Below are positions 32,360 to 42,388 of a stretch of DNA of 64,000 nucleotides, in pieces (positions within the stretch are counted from its first letter, which is position 1; the number at the start of each line of letters is the position of its first letter). This DNA comes from an uncultured virus (IMG/VR IMGVR_UViG_2061766007_000422) (Duplodnaviria; Heunggongvirae; Uroviricota; Caudoviricetes), in the IMG/VR virus record IMGVR_UViG_2061766007_000422, one strand, 5' to 3'. The notes below the pieces were generated by a model. The model ran no database searches, was not told where the DNA came from, and was given only the letters and a program-made list of their open reading frames with translations. The position numbers and the translations under genes were made by a program.

Positions 32360-33697
32360 TTAAACAATAAATTGTAGGCAGCAAAGAATTGTTACAACAA
32401 TAGTGAATAGTGTAGGACACTTTTCACGGCTGTCAGTAAAGAGGTAACGAGCCCAATGCACAAGACAATGAGTTACTAGACCAAGAGCAATACCATTAGC
32501 GATACCGCCAAAGATACTGACAATTAGCATGATACCCACGGGGAACCACTCAACACTCTTGAAATCAACATCTTTAAGTGTTTGCATCATAGAAATACCA
32601 ATGATGATAAGAGCAGGAGCAGTCGCGGCAGTAGGCACCATTAGGAAGAGAGGCGCAAACAGCATTGAGAGGAAGAAGCATATTGCGGTTGTGATGGCAG
32701 AAAAACCGGTGCGACTACCGGCTTCGGCAGCGCTGGCCGATTCTACATATGTGGTAATCGTGGTCAGGCCGCCAAGAGAACCTACAACAGTTGCGCAACT
32801 ATCAACTAAGAATACTTTACCAATAACGGGAAGGTCGCCATTCTCATCAAGTAGTCCTGCTTTACCTGCGACGCCAAGAGCAGTTCCTAAAGTAGAGAAG
32901 AAATCAGACATAAAGAACATCAGCATAAAGGTAAATAAAGCGGGCTTAATCGCGCCAGCAATGTCAAGTTTGAAGGTGACGTCACCAATATCAGATAGAG
33001 CATTTTTGGTAAAGATAGAGCTGGGTAGGTCTACAATGCCCATACATATACCAATTACGGTAATTAGTATGATAGAAACAAGTAATGCGCCACGTAGATG
33101 ATAGGTCTTACCTTTAATTCTAATACGTAGGAAGTATAGAATTAGTGTAATTGCTAAGCCAATCCAAGAGAGAAGAACTGACTTATCAGCAAAATTGAGG
33201 TTAAGACCATAGGAAGAGCCACTTACACTGACCATATTCGCATTAGCGAGAGAAAGACGAATAAGGAAAGCGCCAACAGATGCGCCAACACCAATTTTTA
33301 ACACTTTGGGTATGACCTGAACTACTTTTTCACGAATCTTAAATAGGCTGAGTAGAACAAAGACTGTGCCTGAGATGAATACAATGCCCAATCCTTGCTG
33401 CCAGGTGCATATACCCTGTGCGACTAGTGTATATGCTAGAATCGCATTTGCGCCCATACCAGGAGCGAGGGCGAAAGGCATATTGGTGTAGCAACCCATA
33501 ATAAGGGTGGAGAGGCCAGAAAGGAAAGCGGTCATTAGCATGACACCGGCGCCATTCATTCCTGCGGCAATCATCATATTAGCCTGAACAATCAGGATAT
33601 ATGACATAGTAGCAAAAGCAGTAATACCACCGATTATTTCGGTGCGAATGCTAGAACCACGTTCTTTAATGTGAAAGTGGCGTTCAAGAAAGTTCAT
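32360..33697 (-). CDS. NCS2/AzgA-family purine permease
   Basis: TEIIGGITAFATMSYI, ALAPGMG, YVESA..EAGSRTG; multiple hydrophobic helices. Confidence 0.9.
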   Translation of the reverse strand: MNFLERHFHIKERGSSIRTEIIGGITAFATMSYILIVQANMMIAAGMNGAGVMLMTAFLSGLSTLIMGCYTNMPFALAPGMGANAILAYTLVAQGICTWQQGLGIVFISGTVFVLLSLFKIREKVVQVIPKVLKIGVGASVGAFLIRLSLANANMVSVSGSSYGLNLNFADKSVLLSWIGLAITLILYFLRIRIKGKTYHLRGALLVSIILITVIGICMGIVDLPSSIFTKNALSDIGDVTFKLDIAGAIKPALFTFMLMFFMSDFFSTLGTALGVAGKAGLLDENGDLPVIGKVFLVDSCATVVGSLGGLTTITTYVESASAAEAGSRTGFSAITTAICFFLSMLFAPLFLMVPTAATAPALIIIGISMMQTLKDVDFKSVEWFPVGIMLIVSIFGGIANGIALGLVTHCLVHWARYLFTDSREKCPTLFTIVVTILCCLQFIV

Positions 33698-33721
33698 AAT
33701 ATTATATCTCCTTTTTTATAT

Positions 33722-34672
33722 TTAAGTGACTAAATATTTGTCACTCATTAACATTTCTAATGTAATATTATCGCGTTCTTTGTAAGGAATACGAACTAAG
33801 GGTATGTTATGAGAATGAGCATAATTATTTTTTAAATTATCTGATGCTATTTGTTGTAAAAAGTGTTCTTCACCACTCATATATCCTTTATTAACAATAT
33901 GAAAATGTTGTTCTCCATCAAATTCAATTAAACGATATGGAATATTATTTTGTAATAAAATAAAGTCATAACGCATAATATTACCATTATTATTAATTAA
34001 ATCTTTAAAATATATTTTATCTCTAATATAGTCAATATCATTTTCTTTTAATATTTGCTCAATATTATTTTCTCCAATAGACTTATGNNNNNNNNNNNNN
34101 NNNNNNNNNNNNNNNTTTTGACGAGTGAGATATCTTCCCTCTATTTCACAGATATTACCACAGTCACATTGACATTTGTAGATGGCTCTACCAATTGAAT
34201 TTATTTTTTCTAATACAACTAATTTACCAAAACGTTGTCCAGTGTAGTCTTTTGCGAGTCTTTGCCGACGAATATCTTTAGCTAAACAACCACAGGAACG
34301 AGTTCGTTTTTGCTGTAAATCGGTTCCATATACTTCTACTATATTACCGCATTCACATTTACATAAATATTTTACTCTATTAGTAGTATGTGGTAATATA
34401 GATAGTACTATAAGTTTTTCAAATTGCGTACCAGAGTTTATAAAAGTGCTATTACTTTTTAATTGTAATTCTGTTCTTTTACAACCGCAACTTTTAGTTT
34501 TACCACGCCTAATAGTAGTACCATCTAATTCAATAATATTTCCGCATTCACATTGGCAACGCCAAATAATTTCTCCTCTAGATGTTCGTTTATCTGTTTT
34601 TTCTAAAACAGTAAGAAAGCTATTTGGTACATTATGCTCTTTCATTATCCAATTCGTCATATCAATTGACAT
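33722..34672 (-). CDS. Free-standing homing endonuclease (Cys-rich repeats plus Vsr/DUF559-like nuclease)
   Basis: C.C.CGN...SCGC repeats; RYDF...IEFDGEQH. Confidence 0.8.
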   Translation of the reverse strand: MSIDMTNWIMKEHNVPNSFLTVLEKTDKRTSRGEIIWRCQCECGNIIELDGTTIRRGKTKSCGCKRTELQLKSNSTFINSGTQFEKLIVLSILPHTTNRVKYLCKCECGNIVEVYGTDLQQKRTRSCGCLAKDIRRQRLAKDYTGQRFGKLVVLEKINSIGRAIYKCQCDCGNICEIEGRYLTRQXXXXXXXXXXHKSIGENNIEQILKENDIDYIRDKIYFKDLINNNGNIMRYDFILLQNNIPYRLIEFDGEQHFHIVNKGYMSGEEHFLQQIASDNLKNNYAHSHNIPLVRIPYKERDNITLEMLMSDKYLVT

Positions 34673-34676
34673 ATAA

Positions 34677-34874
34677 TCACTCCCATATTGCTACTAATTT
34701 TTTTAGAAAGATATTTATATGATTTTCAATAGATTCTTCCATACGTTTTGATATATTTGTAGCATTACGCATCCAACCAGCAATAGTAGCGGGTGCACAA
34801 TTACAAATTCTACCTAACTGACCATATGTAAATCCTAATTCAATCATTTGTTGAATTTTATTTTTTAAATTCAT
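34677..34874 (-). CDS. 65-aa HTH protein, paralog 1
   Basis: LGRICNCAPATIAGWMR; paralogous to 44349-44546 and 60548-60745. Confidence 0.7.
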   Translation of the reverse strand: MNLKNKIQQMIELGFTYGQLGRICNCAPATIAGWMRNATNISKRMEESIENHINIFLKKLVAIWE

Positions 34875-34950
34875 TTTAATCCCTCCAATAAATTAGTAGC
34901 AAAGAAGCAAGAAAAGTCCTATATTTTCTTTCATTTTAAAAAAATATTTT

Positions 34951-36246
34951 TCATTTTCTATTCTTAACTTTTAAAATAATATTTAAAATAATTCCTATTA
35001 GCATAGAAAGTGGAATACCGGCTAAATTAAAATTACCATAATTAATAGCAATTCCGCTTATACCCACTGTAAGCATAATAGCAAAAATCATAAGATTTTT
35101 GTTATCATTCCAATCAATATCTGCATGAATTAAATTACGTAAACCTGCATATGCAATTGCGCCATATGCACAAAAACTTGTTCCGGCAAAACAAACATTA
35201 CTAATACTAGATAAAATAACATTAAATGGAGTAAGAAATCCAAATAAGATAAGTGTAAGTGCAGTAGTACAAGTTACAGCGGTACTAGCAACTTTGCTAA
35301 CAGCAATTGTAGAACAATATTCACTATACGTACAATTTGTTGGCCCTGCGATAACAGTTCCTATAGCACTGCCAATTCCATCACCAACTAAAGTTTTATG
35401 TAAAGATTTACCAACGTAATCTTCACCGACGATAGTAGAGGTTGCGGTTATATCACTAACATGTTCGCCTAATCCTGAAATAGCATATAGTGACCATATT
35501 AAAATAATTTGAGGTAAATAACTCCAATCAAAGGTTGTAAAATTTATATGTAAAAAGGCGAAGTCAGGAATAGAAAATAAAGAATGAAAATGTAATGTTT
35601 CAATATTTACAAGACCTTTTACTCCGCAAAGAGTAAGAATGATACATAATACATAACCGCCAAGTAATCCAAGTAAAAATGGCAAACGTTTTATAATACC
35701 TTTACCATAATGAGCAATTGCAGCGGTAAGTAAAGCAACAAAAAATGCAATCCCTATGCCTAGAAGTGAATATTGGCCATTAATTTGTGCATAAGAAACT
35801 GCGAAAAATGAAAGAGTTGCACCAATAATAATGACTAATGTTGAAGAAACAATGGGTGGCATTAAGTTACGTAACCATTGACTTCCCCATTTTTTAATCG
35901 CGATCGCAGCGACGCAATAAGCAATCGCTACTACTATGCCACCAAGTACTACTCCAGCGAAATTTTTTTCTAATGGCCCTGATAATGCTAGTGCAGCAAC
36001 AACTGCAGCAACAGTATTCCCGCTATTTGATAAACAAACAGGAATTTTAAAGCCAGTAACACAAAGAAAAAATATTGTGGAAATTCCTGCTGATACCATT
36101 CCTGCGGCGACATTTGTGCCCGTAATAACTGAAATGAGAATTGTTGCAGTTAGTACAGAAAAAACAAATTGCATTGTATAGCCAATCCATTCTTTTAATG
36201 TTTTTGGCTTATCTTTTGTTCCATAAATTAATTTTACATTTTCCAT
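34951..36246 (-). CDS. NCS2 uracil/xanthine permease (UraA/PyrP-like)
   Basis: EHVSD, LVGDG, PTNCTYSE, YGAIA..G; multiple hydrophobic helices. Confidence 0.85.
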   Translation of the reverse strand: MENVKLIYGTKDKPKTLKEWIGYTMQFVFSVLTATILISVITGTNVAAGMVSAGISTIFFLCVTGFKIPVCLSNSGNTVAAVVAALALSGPLEKNFAGVVLGGIVVAIAYCVAAIAIKKWGSQWLRNLMPPIVSSTLVIIIGATLSFFAVSYAQINGQYSLLGIGIAFFVALLTAAIAHYGKGIIKRLPFLLGLLGGYVLCIILTLCGVKGLVNIETLHFHSLFSIPDFAFLHINFTTFDWSYLPQIILIWSLYAISGLGEHVSDITATSTIVGEDYVGKSLHKTLVGDGIGSAIGTVIAGPTNCTYSEYCSTIAVSKVASTAVTCTTALTLILFGFLTPFNVILSSISNVCFAGTSFCAYGAIAYAGLRNLIHADIDWNDNKNLMIFAIMLTVGISGIAINYGNFNLAGIPLSMLIGIILNIILKVKNRK

Positions 36247-36258
36247 ATTTTTCTCCTT

Positions 36259-36453
36259 TTAATTATAACTAAATCCAACCCATCCACATTCACATTCATA
36301 TTTGTTTTGTGGAGGAAAGGAAGTACATACTATATCTAATCTCTTATAAATATACTGCCCGCAATTTGGGCAAGTAATATCAGTTATTTCACGTTTGGGA
36401 AATTCCCAAACAGCATTTGATTGCTGTTTATTAAATTCATCCCACGTCATCAA
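36259..36453 (-). CDS. Small Zn-ribbon protein
   Basis: CPNC...CECGW. Confidence 0.55.
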   Translation of the reverse strand: MMTWDEFNKQQSNAVWEFPKREITDITCPNCGQYIYKRLDIVCTSFPPQNKYECECGWVGFSYN

Positions 36454-36962
36454 AATTCACTTTCCTTTTCTTTAATAAAAGCGATAGCATCATCTATATT
36501 ACTTACTAAAATACCACTTTGCTTAATTAAACCAGTAACATAAAGATTTTGATAACTATATTGCTGTTCACCGAGTTCTGCGGCACCGCCGGCATTTTTT
36601 GCCTCACTGTGTGTTAAATAGCATTGTCTATTATCGGTACAGATACCAACAATGTATTTATGGTCTCCGCGTCGGATTTTTTCGCGCATTACGCCAATTT
36701 CTGCGCTTGTTCCTGCGGGAATAATGTCGCCATCAATACACGCTACAAGAATATCTGTATTGTCTAAACGCGCATTATCTCCATCAGCAATTAGTTGCGA
36801 ACCGGCGAACTTCTTTTTTCCTTCTGTACCATTTATTTCCGTATTTTCTATTGGGGAGTATAAATCTACATCGGGAATTGCATTTCTAATCTTTTGCGCC
36901 CATTCTGTATTACGAAGAACATCTCCATAATAAAAAATTGAACCTGCTAAATAAATTTTCAT
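36450..36962 (-). CDS. Nucleoside 2-deoxyribosyltransferase family protein
   Basis: KIYLAG, YSP.EN, D...LD.TD, GTSAEIG, NLYV.G. Confidence 0.82.
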   Translation of the reverse strand: MKIYLAGSIFYYGDVLRNTEWAQKIRNAIPDVDLYSPIENTEINGTEGKKKFAGSQLIADGDNARLDNTDILVACIDGDIIPAGTSAEIGVMREKIRRGDHKYIVGICTDNRQCYLTHSEAKNAGGAAELGEQQYSYQNLYVTGLIKQSGILVSNIDDAIAFIKEKESEF

Positions 36963-36986
36963 AAAATTTCTCCTTAATCCATAGTT

Positions 36987-37277
36987 TCAAAATACCATGT
37001 TTTTTTCTTCTTCTGTTCCATTTTTCTCTAACCAATCCCATGCCATATCATTATATTTATAGTATAAATCAGCATAACGGTTAGAAAGATTTTTATTACC
37101 TTTGTCATACCAATACCAACACTTATGATTTAAAACAGTAACAAGTGCGGCAATTGCCACGATGTCTTCGCGCGCATTGGCATATTGTTTTTCTGCAAAA
37201 TCTTCTAGAGTGTCTAGTTCCACAAGATGCGACCATAGCCAAAATCTTTGCTTTAGTATTTCAAATTTTTCGTCCAT
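36987..37277 (-). CDS. Hypothetical protein
   Basis: Own promoter and RBS; C-terminus possibly shifted at an A run. Confidence 0.55.
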   Translation of the reverse strand: MDEKFEILKQRFWLWSHLVELDTLEDFAEKQYANAREDIVAIAALVTVLNHKCWYWYDKGNKNLSNRYADLYYKYNDMAWDWLEKNGTEEEKNMVF

Positions 37278-37331
37278 TTTATTCTCCTATCTTTTTTCTT
37301 TATTATACCATAGATTTGGAGAAAAGTCAAA

Positions 37332-37364
37332 TAAAAAAAAGAGGGAGAATAGAATTCTCCCTTT
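37332..37364 (-). terminator. Intrinsic terminator
   Basis: GGGAGAAT-TCT-ATTCTCCC then TCTTTTTTT. Confidence 0.65.
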
Positions 37365-37431
37365 ATTTTTATGCTTTTATACATAAGACTGCTTTTACGG
37401 ATGCCTGTCGAATGTGCTTTGTTTAGCGTGT

Positions 37432-37869
37432 CTAATATATCTCCTCATGAGACAAGGGCTCAGTTTGAGAATTGGCGGTTAGCGTCTTTATGTTCCTTTC
37501 TAACCAGTCAAACTGTATACGATATGTGTGTATGTCGTCATAATCATTATATTCGTCATACAATTGTTTAACGAGAGAAAAAACATTGTATGAATATTCC
37601 TCTCCATTTTCTTTCCAAGCAGCCTTGACATAACATGGAATTCCTGCATCCCACGCTGCTTTTAACTCTGCCCACGTTTTGTCGAGTGTATATGATTCAC
37701 CATTATCATCTTTTATCACGGTGCAAGTCGCTATCAATTTGTCACTTGTGCTGCCGCCACCGCCGCCACCGCCACTGCCGTCTAATATGCCATTTAAAAG
37801 AGTTAAAGCTTCGTCACTAATACTACAAGTATTAAGTAAAGCTTGTCTTAGTTCATCTTTTGCTGTCAT
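37432..37869 (-). CDS. Hypothetical protein with poly-Gly linker
   Basis: GGAG RBS; GSGGGGGGGS; N-terminus resembles 37884-38069. Confidence 0.6.
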   Translation of the reverse strand: MTAKDELRQALLNTCSISDEALTLLNGILDGSGGGGGGGSTSDKLIATCTVIKDDNGESYTLDKTWAELKAAWDAGIPCYVKAAWKENGEEYSYNVFSLVKQLYDEYNDYDDIHTYRIQFDWLERNIKTLTANSQTEPLSHEEIY

Positions 37870-37883
37870 GTAAATCAACTCCA

Positions 37884-38069
37884 TTAGGTTGCGGAAGAAG
37901 TAGAAGATGCGCCAAACATTGCCTTGTAAGCGGCCCAAGCATCATTATCTTTTCCCGCTACGTTTTCAAATAGCGCTGCGATTTCATTAAAGGCTTCGCC
38001 GCTAACTACGGCTTGATTGAGTAAAGCCTGCATAATTTCAATACGAACATCTTTAGAAACATCAAACAT
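37884..38069 (-). CDS. Hypothetical protein
   Basis: AGGAGG RBS; QALLN...S.EA shared with downstream gene. Confidence 0.6.
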   Translation of the reverse strand: MFDVSKDVRIEIMQALLNQAVVSGEAFNEIAALFENVAGKDNDAWAAYKAMFGASSTSSAT

Positions 38070-38139
38070 AATTTTGTCCTCCTATTAAGCCGTTTTTACG
38101 GCATTATTTATATATATGTAAAAAGATATAAATATCTTA

Positions 38140-40554
38140 TTAAAATTGATTTAATTTTTTTTGTAATTCGTCAAGTATATCTAAAAAACCACCGAGTAAT
38201 TGAATATTGATAGAAACACGAGGATAGTTTTGCTTATACGTTGCATTCCACGCCCAAGTTGATATCATTTTACCCTTTTTTCCTTCAGTTTCTTCTACTA
38301 TATCTGAAGCTGATACATTATTATGTATAAAAGCTCTACTACCTCGCGCAGAACGGTACATTTGTGATGAAGCGTCAGAAAGCGCTAAATACGTTTCATG
38401 TAAGATATAAGATTGTGGAACGAATACTGGGCCAAAACTATATAAACGCATATAATTGGCTTCTGAAAATTCTTCGGCGCGTTGTCGTATTTGCTGTGCC
38501 AATATACCCCCACTACGAAACATTAGCATTGAAGCAACAACTGAAAAATAATCTTCTAAACGAGGGCGTAAACCCGCGCCTAATAAGTGATTGCCGCAGT
38601 TTAAAGTAGCAAAAATTAACCAATCTTTATCAATAGGTGTGATACCACCAGTTTTATATATATCATTTATATTTGCTATCTGCTCATCTATATTTGCACC
38701 AATACTGCCGCCTTTAAAACCAAATCCTTCAAATGAATATTCTGAAAACTTTTGAGATTCATCTATAATAATTAGTTGCTCTAGAGTTTTACGGATTCGT
38801 TGAGCTTCAGTAAGATTATCAGTTTCTGTATCTGCCTTATTATATTTGGATATTTCTTTAGCCAAATCTTCAGATGCTTTTTTTACCGCTTGAGTTTGTG
38901 CTTTAAATGAGAAAGATTTAGCTTGTTTGAATAATTTAGAATCGTAGATTCTTTTTGATATATTTTCTTTATATTTTTGATAACGTCGTGCATAGTTATC
39001 TTCAAAATTGGTTAACATTCCTTCAACTTGCTGTTGAGATAATTGGGGTGGATCAATTCCTAATTTACCTAAAGGTATAATTATACCACTTACGTCTGTT
39101 TTTCCTAAGTCTTTACCTACGACCTTGGCTGCGAGTATTTCAGCACTTTTTTCTTTAAGGACACGTAATGTATTAGTAAGTTTACGGGCGCCTTCATATT
39201 CTGTTTCATCATATACAGTAAATGTAGATGCTTGGGACAAAATTTGATTTACAAAGTCTATATATTCTTTATCTAAAAAACTTTGCCCAATTGCATTATT
39301 TTGCTGTTGAAGCAATGGATCTAATAATTTCTTAAAATCGTTCCAAAAATCTCGTCTTACATTTATGTCTGAAAAGTTCTTTTTTTTATAATTATCAAAT
39401 AATTGATGAAAAACGCCATCTTTTCCATCATCCATTAAAACGCTTAATCGCTCTCTTACTTGTTTAGTTAAACCAGCTGGACCGGAACTTTTATATCTAC
39501 CGGCTCTTACTCTATCTTTAGGAGTTTGTGGAATTGCTTCACCCTGTTCTTCAAGCAAAGCTAAATCTCGTAATAAACGATTTCCTCGTTCTAACATCCT
39601 ATCAAATATCTCTGGCTTTAATGTAGCTTGATTATTGGTATGATCAAACATTATTTTATCAAATTCTTCAAATGATAAATCAACCGGCTGCCCTGCATCG
39701 CGCAACTGTTGGAAAAAATCTTTTAATACCTCTCGTATCATTTCAGAAGTATATCCTCTTTTTTGCATTATATTTAATGCAACGGTATGATTTCCAGATT
39801 GTAATAATTGTTCTATTATTGGTTCCATGCGTTGTTTAATGTGCGTAAATAATTCACTACGAGTAGAACCTAATAAAGCACGATTTAATTGAGGAACTAA
39901 TTTCATACTTCTGGTATAATCAGATAGAACGCGTCGATCAGCAAAATTATTTTTATATGCGGCAGAAATATATCGATTTGGACCAGAAGCGGCCAATTGT
40001 TCTGCGGATGGTGTAACTTCATTATTTATTGCTTTAATTTCATTATTAAATTCATTTATTTCTGCATTAAGTTGATTTAATTGCGTAAGCCATTTATCCC
40101 GATCAATGGCATCATTTTCTATCATATTTATTAAATTTATAAAATTTATGTATTCAATTTCTACTACATCGTCGTTTATTTTAAAGCACGATTTTGCCCA
40201 TTCTTCATATTCAGTATTTTGGAATAATGTCATTATACGTTCATTCCAACATCTATATTCATTCGCTGCTTCTTGTTGATATGCTCGTTGCAAAAATTCT
40301 AATGCAGCTTGAATTGTTTCTTCATCAAAAATATTGTTTCGAGCTTGTTGCGCGCTTTCAGAATGTGAGTATAAAATGTCCATTGCTTTAATATAAACTG
40401 TATTACCATAAGAGCCCTCTGGCTCTGAGGCGAGTGAATCAAAGAAAAAGAAACGTGAGCCTACACTTAGAGTATTAGCGTTTGGATAACCATAATGTTG
40501 CGCTTGAATACGTTCAGCTTTATTAGTATACTTTGCTCTACTTTTTCTTGCCAT
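38140..40554 (-). CDS. Large helical protein of unknown function (804 aa)
   Basis: Long ORF; no recognisable motif. Confidence 0.75.
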   Translation of the reverse strand: MARKSRAKYTNKAERIQAQHYGYPNANTLSVGSRFFFFDSLASEPEGSYGNTVYIKAMDILYSHSESAQQARNNIFDEETIQAALEFLQRAYQQEAANEYRCWNERIMTLFQNTEYEEWAKSCFKINDDVVEIEYINFINLINMIENDAIDRDKWLTQLNQLNAEINEFNNEIKAINNEVTPSAEQLAASGPNRYISAAYKNNFADRRVLSDYTRSMKLVPQLNRALLGSTRSELFTHIKQRMEPIIEQLLQSGNHTVALNIMQKRGYTSEMIREVLKDFFQQLRDAGQPVDLSFEEFDKIMFDHTNNQATLKPEIFDRMLERGNRLLRDLALLEEQGEAIPQTPKDRVRAGRYKSSGPAGLTKQVRERLSVLMDDGKDGVFHQLFDNYKKKNFSDINVRRDFWNDFKKLLDPLLQQQNNAIGQSFLDKEYIDFVNQILSQASTFTVYDETEYEGARKLTNTLRVLKEKSAEILAAKVVGKDLGKTDVSGIIIPLGKLGIDPPQLSQQQVEGMLTNFEDNYARRYQKYKENISKRIYDSKLFKQAKSFSFKAQTQAVKKASEDLAKEISKYNKADTETDNLTEAQRIRKTLEQLIIIDESQKFSEYSFEGFGFKGGSIGANIDEQIANINDIYKTGGITPIDKDWLIFATLNCGNHLLGAGLRPRLEDYFSVVASMLMFRSGGILAQQIRQRAEEFSEANYMRLYSFGPVFVPQSYILHETYLALSDASSQMYRSARGSRAFIHNNVSASDIVEETEGKKGKMISTWAWNATYKQNYPRVSINIQLLGGFLDILDELQKKLNQF

Positions 40555-40567
40555 AATAAATCACATC

Positions 40568-41779
40568 CTAATCCATTAAATCCGCCATCGCCGCAACTTC
40601 ACTACGTTCTGTTTTTATCAATCTAACCATACCAAATAGCGGATGACCTATGAAACTTTGAATCATTTTTGGAATACCACTTTTAGATTCATCGGGGTAA
40701 TCGCATTGTTTAGTATCGGCGCAAAATATAATTTCACTATTTTCCGCCATACGACCTATAAGTAATTGAATATTTGTGGCTAATAAATTTTCTGCTTCAT
40801 CTACAAGCACAATGCAATTTTTTAAATCGCGGCCGCGCAATGTAGATAAATGCGCGGGTTCAATAATTCCAGTATCAAGATATTCTTCAAACTTTTGGAA
40901 TCCTATATGGTCAGCAAGCTGAAGAAGCCAAGGATATTGTTTGGCAGTAGCATCGCCCGGTAGCGTTCCTAGTGTTCCTGCGCCCTTAACTTCCAAATTA
41001 TTTTTTACAAAAATAATTTTTTCAAATCGTCCTTGCTGTATTTCGTGTAACGCATAACTCAATGCTAGATAGGATTTACCTGTTCCAAATTTTGCAATAC
41101 ATAATTTAATAGGTATTGCTTTGTTTTGAAGTAAATCTAAATACATTTTTTGTTCTAAATTGCGCGGACGAATTTGTTCACCAAGAACAGAAGTAAAGTT
41201 TTGATATTTTAAATTACGATAATGCTGTCCATCCCAAAATAAAATATCTTTTAATTTATCTCCTTCATAAATTTCGGCAAATTCATTTATATGACATTTT
41301 AAAATATTAGAAGATAAATTACTATATAAGTTTGACATAGTTGCTTCATCTGGATAATATCGCTCCCAACCACAAATGTTCATTATATTTGTGTTTTCTG
41401 TCTTATAAAAAGATGCTATAATATTTGGGATTTTCTGCGCGAATAAGAACTGACTTCCATCTTTAGTAACAAATTGCACAATATCTTTTTTGGAAAGTAA
41501 ATGTGCTTCACAAAGTAACCTATGGTCATTTATTGGCTCTAAAAATTGGAAGTGTTTTAATAATTTATTTATTTTCTTCCAATTTGGGGTTGTTTTAGTA
41601 ATACTGTTATAATTTAAAATATCTCGCACGGCTTGGCGAGCGAGATATTTAATATGTTCGGGTTTATTACCCGATTTTATATTTTCTAACTCCTGTAATA
41701 CAATCGCGCTGATATAAACATTTTGATATTTAAGATATGCGCCTTCAAGCACCGCAGAAGTGTCAAGAAAATTTATCAT
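40568..41779 (-). CDS. PIN-PhoH family ATPase
   Basis: PIN FLDTS, NDHRLL, VTKD; GTGKS, RGR, VDEAEN, RSEVA. Confidence 0.85.
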   Translation of the reverse strand: MINFLDTSAVLEGAYLKYQNVYISAIVLQELENIKSGNKPEHIKYLARQAVRDILNYNSITKTTPNWKKINKLLKHFQFLEPINDHRLLCEAHLLSKKDIVQFVTKDGSQFLFAQKIPNIIASFYKTENTNIMNICGWERYYPDEATMSNLYSNLSSNILKCHINEFAEIYEGDKLKDILFWDGQHYRNLKYQNFTSVLGEQIRPRNLEQKMYLDLLQNKAIPIKLCIAKFGTGKSYLALSYALHEIQQGRFEKIIFVKNNLEVKGAGTLGTLPGDATAKQYPWLLQLADHIGFQKFEEYLDTGIIEPAHLSTLRGRDLKNCIVLVDEAENLLATNIQLLIGRMAENSEIIFCADTKQCDYPDESKSGIPKMIQSFIGHPLFGMVRLIKTERSEVAAMADLMD

Positions 41780-42378
41780 TTTGGATCAACTCCAATAATT
41801 TCATCAATTAGATTATATTTTAGCATTTCTTCTGCGTTTAAAAACCATTGCTGGCGTGCTTTAGAATCATATAATTCAGCAGTAATAGCGGTATTATTTA
41901 TCATAAATTGACGAATATCACTATCTACTTTCTTGTTAAATTCCATAATATCATCAGCAGTTCTTGCCTCAGTAGCAGATAGTGCTATATATCCATCGTG
42001 AATAAGACAGTAGGTGCTAGGATAGCAAGTGCGCACAATATTATCATTTTTTCCACCACCCGCAAGTATGACGGCCGCCATAGAAGCAGCATAGCCGCAA
42101 ACAAGAATATTTAGCTTCTTTTTATATTGAGTCAGATAGTATGCTAAAAAGAATCCATCAGATACGCTTCCGCCAGGAGAATTAAGTATTAATGTAACTG
42201 GGGCAGAGCTATCATCTTCTTCAAAATTTTTTAAAGGTAGAAAAACTTTTTCAATTATATTTTCTTCAACTTCTTCATTAAATATAACTGTTCTATGATT
42301 CAATAACTGATTGATATATTGATAATCTTCAATAGTAAGAGTCATTGATTCAAATAGGTCAGAAAAATCAAATTCCAT
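41776..42378 (-). CDS. ClpP-like S14 peptidase
   Basis: LNSPGGSV, AASMA, LIHD, A.EML.YNLID. Confidence 0.82.
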   Translation of the reverse strand: MEFDFSDLFESMTLTIEDYQYINQLLNHRTVIFNEEVEENIIEKVFLPLKNFEEDDSSAPVTLILNSPGGSVSDGFFLAYYLTQYKKKLNILVCGYAASMAAVILAGGGKNDNIVRTCYPSTYCLIHDGYIALSATEARTADDIMEFNKKVDSDIRQFMINNTAITAELYDSKARQQWFLNAEEMLKYNLIDEIIGVDPK

Positions 42379-42388
42379 AAGTTCCTCC

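Noticed and set aside
36974..37010. Possible programmed frameshift at the end of 36987-37277
   Set aside because: Removing one A from an A run gives a more natural end (KTWYFETMD*); a homopolymer error or neutral indel is simpler
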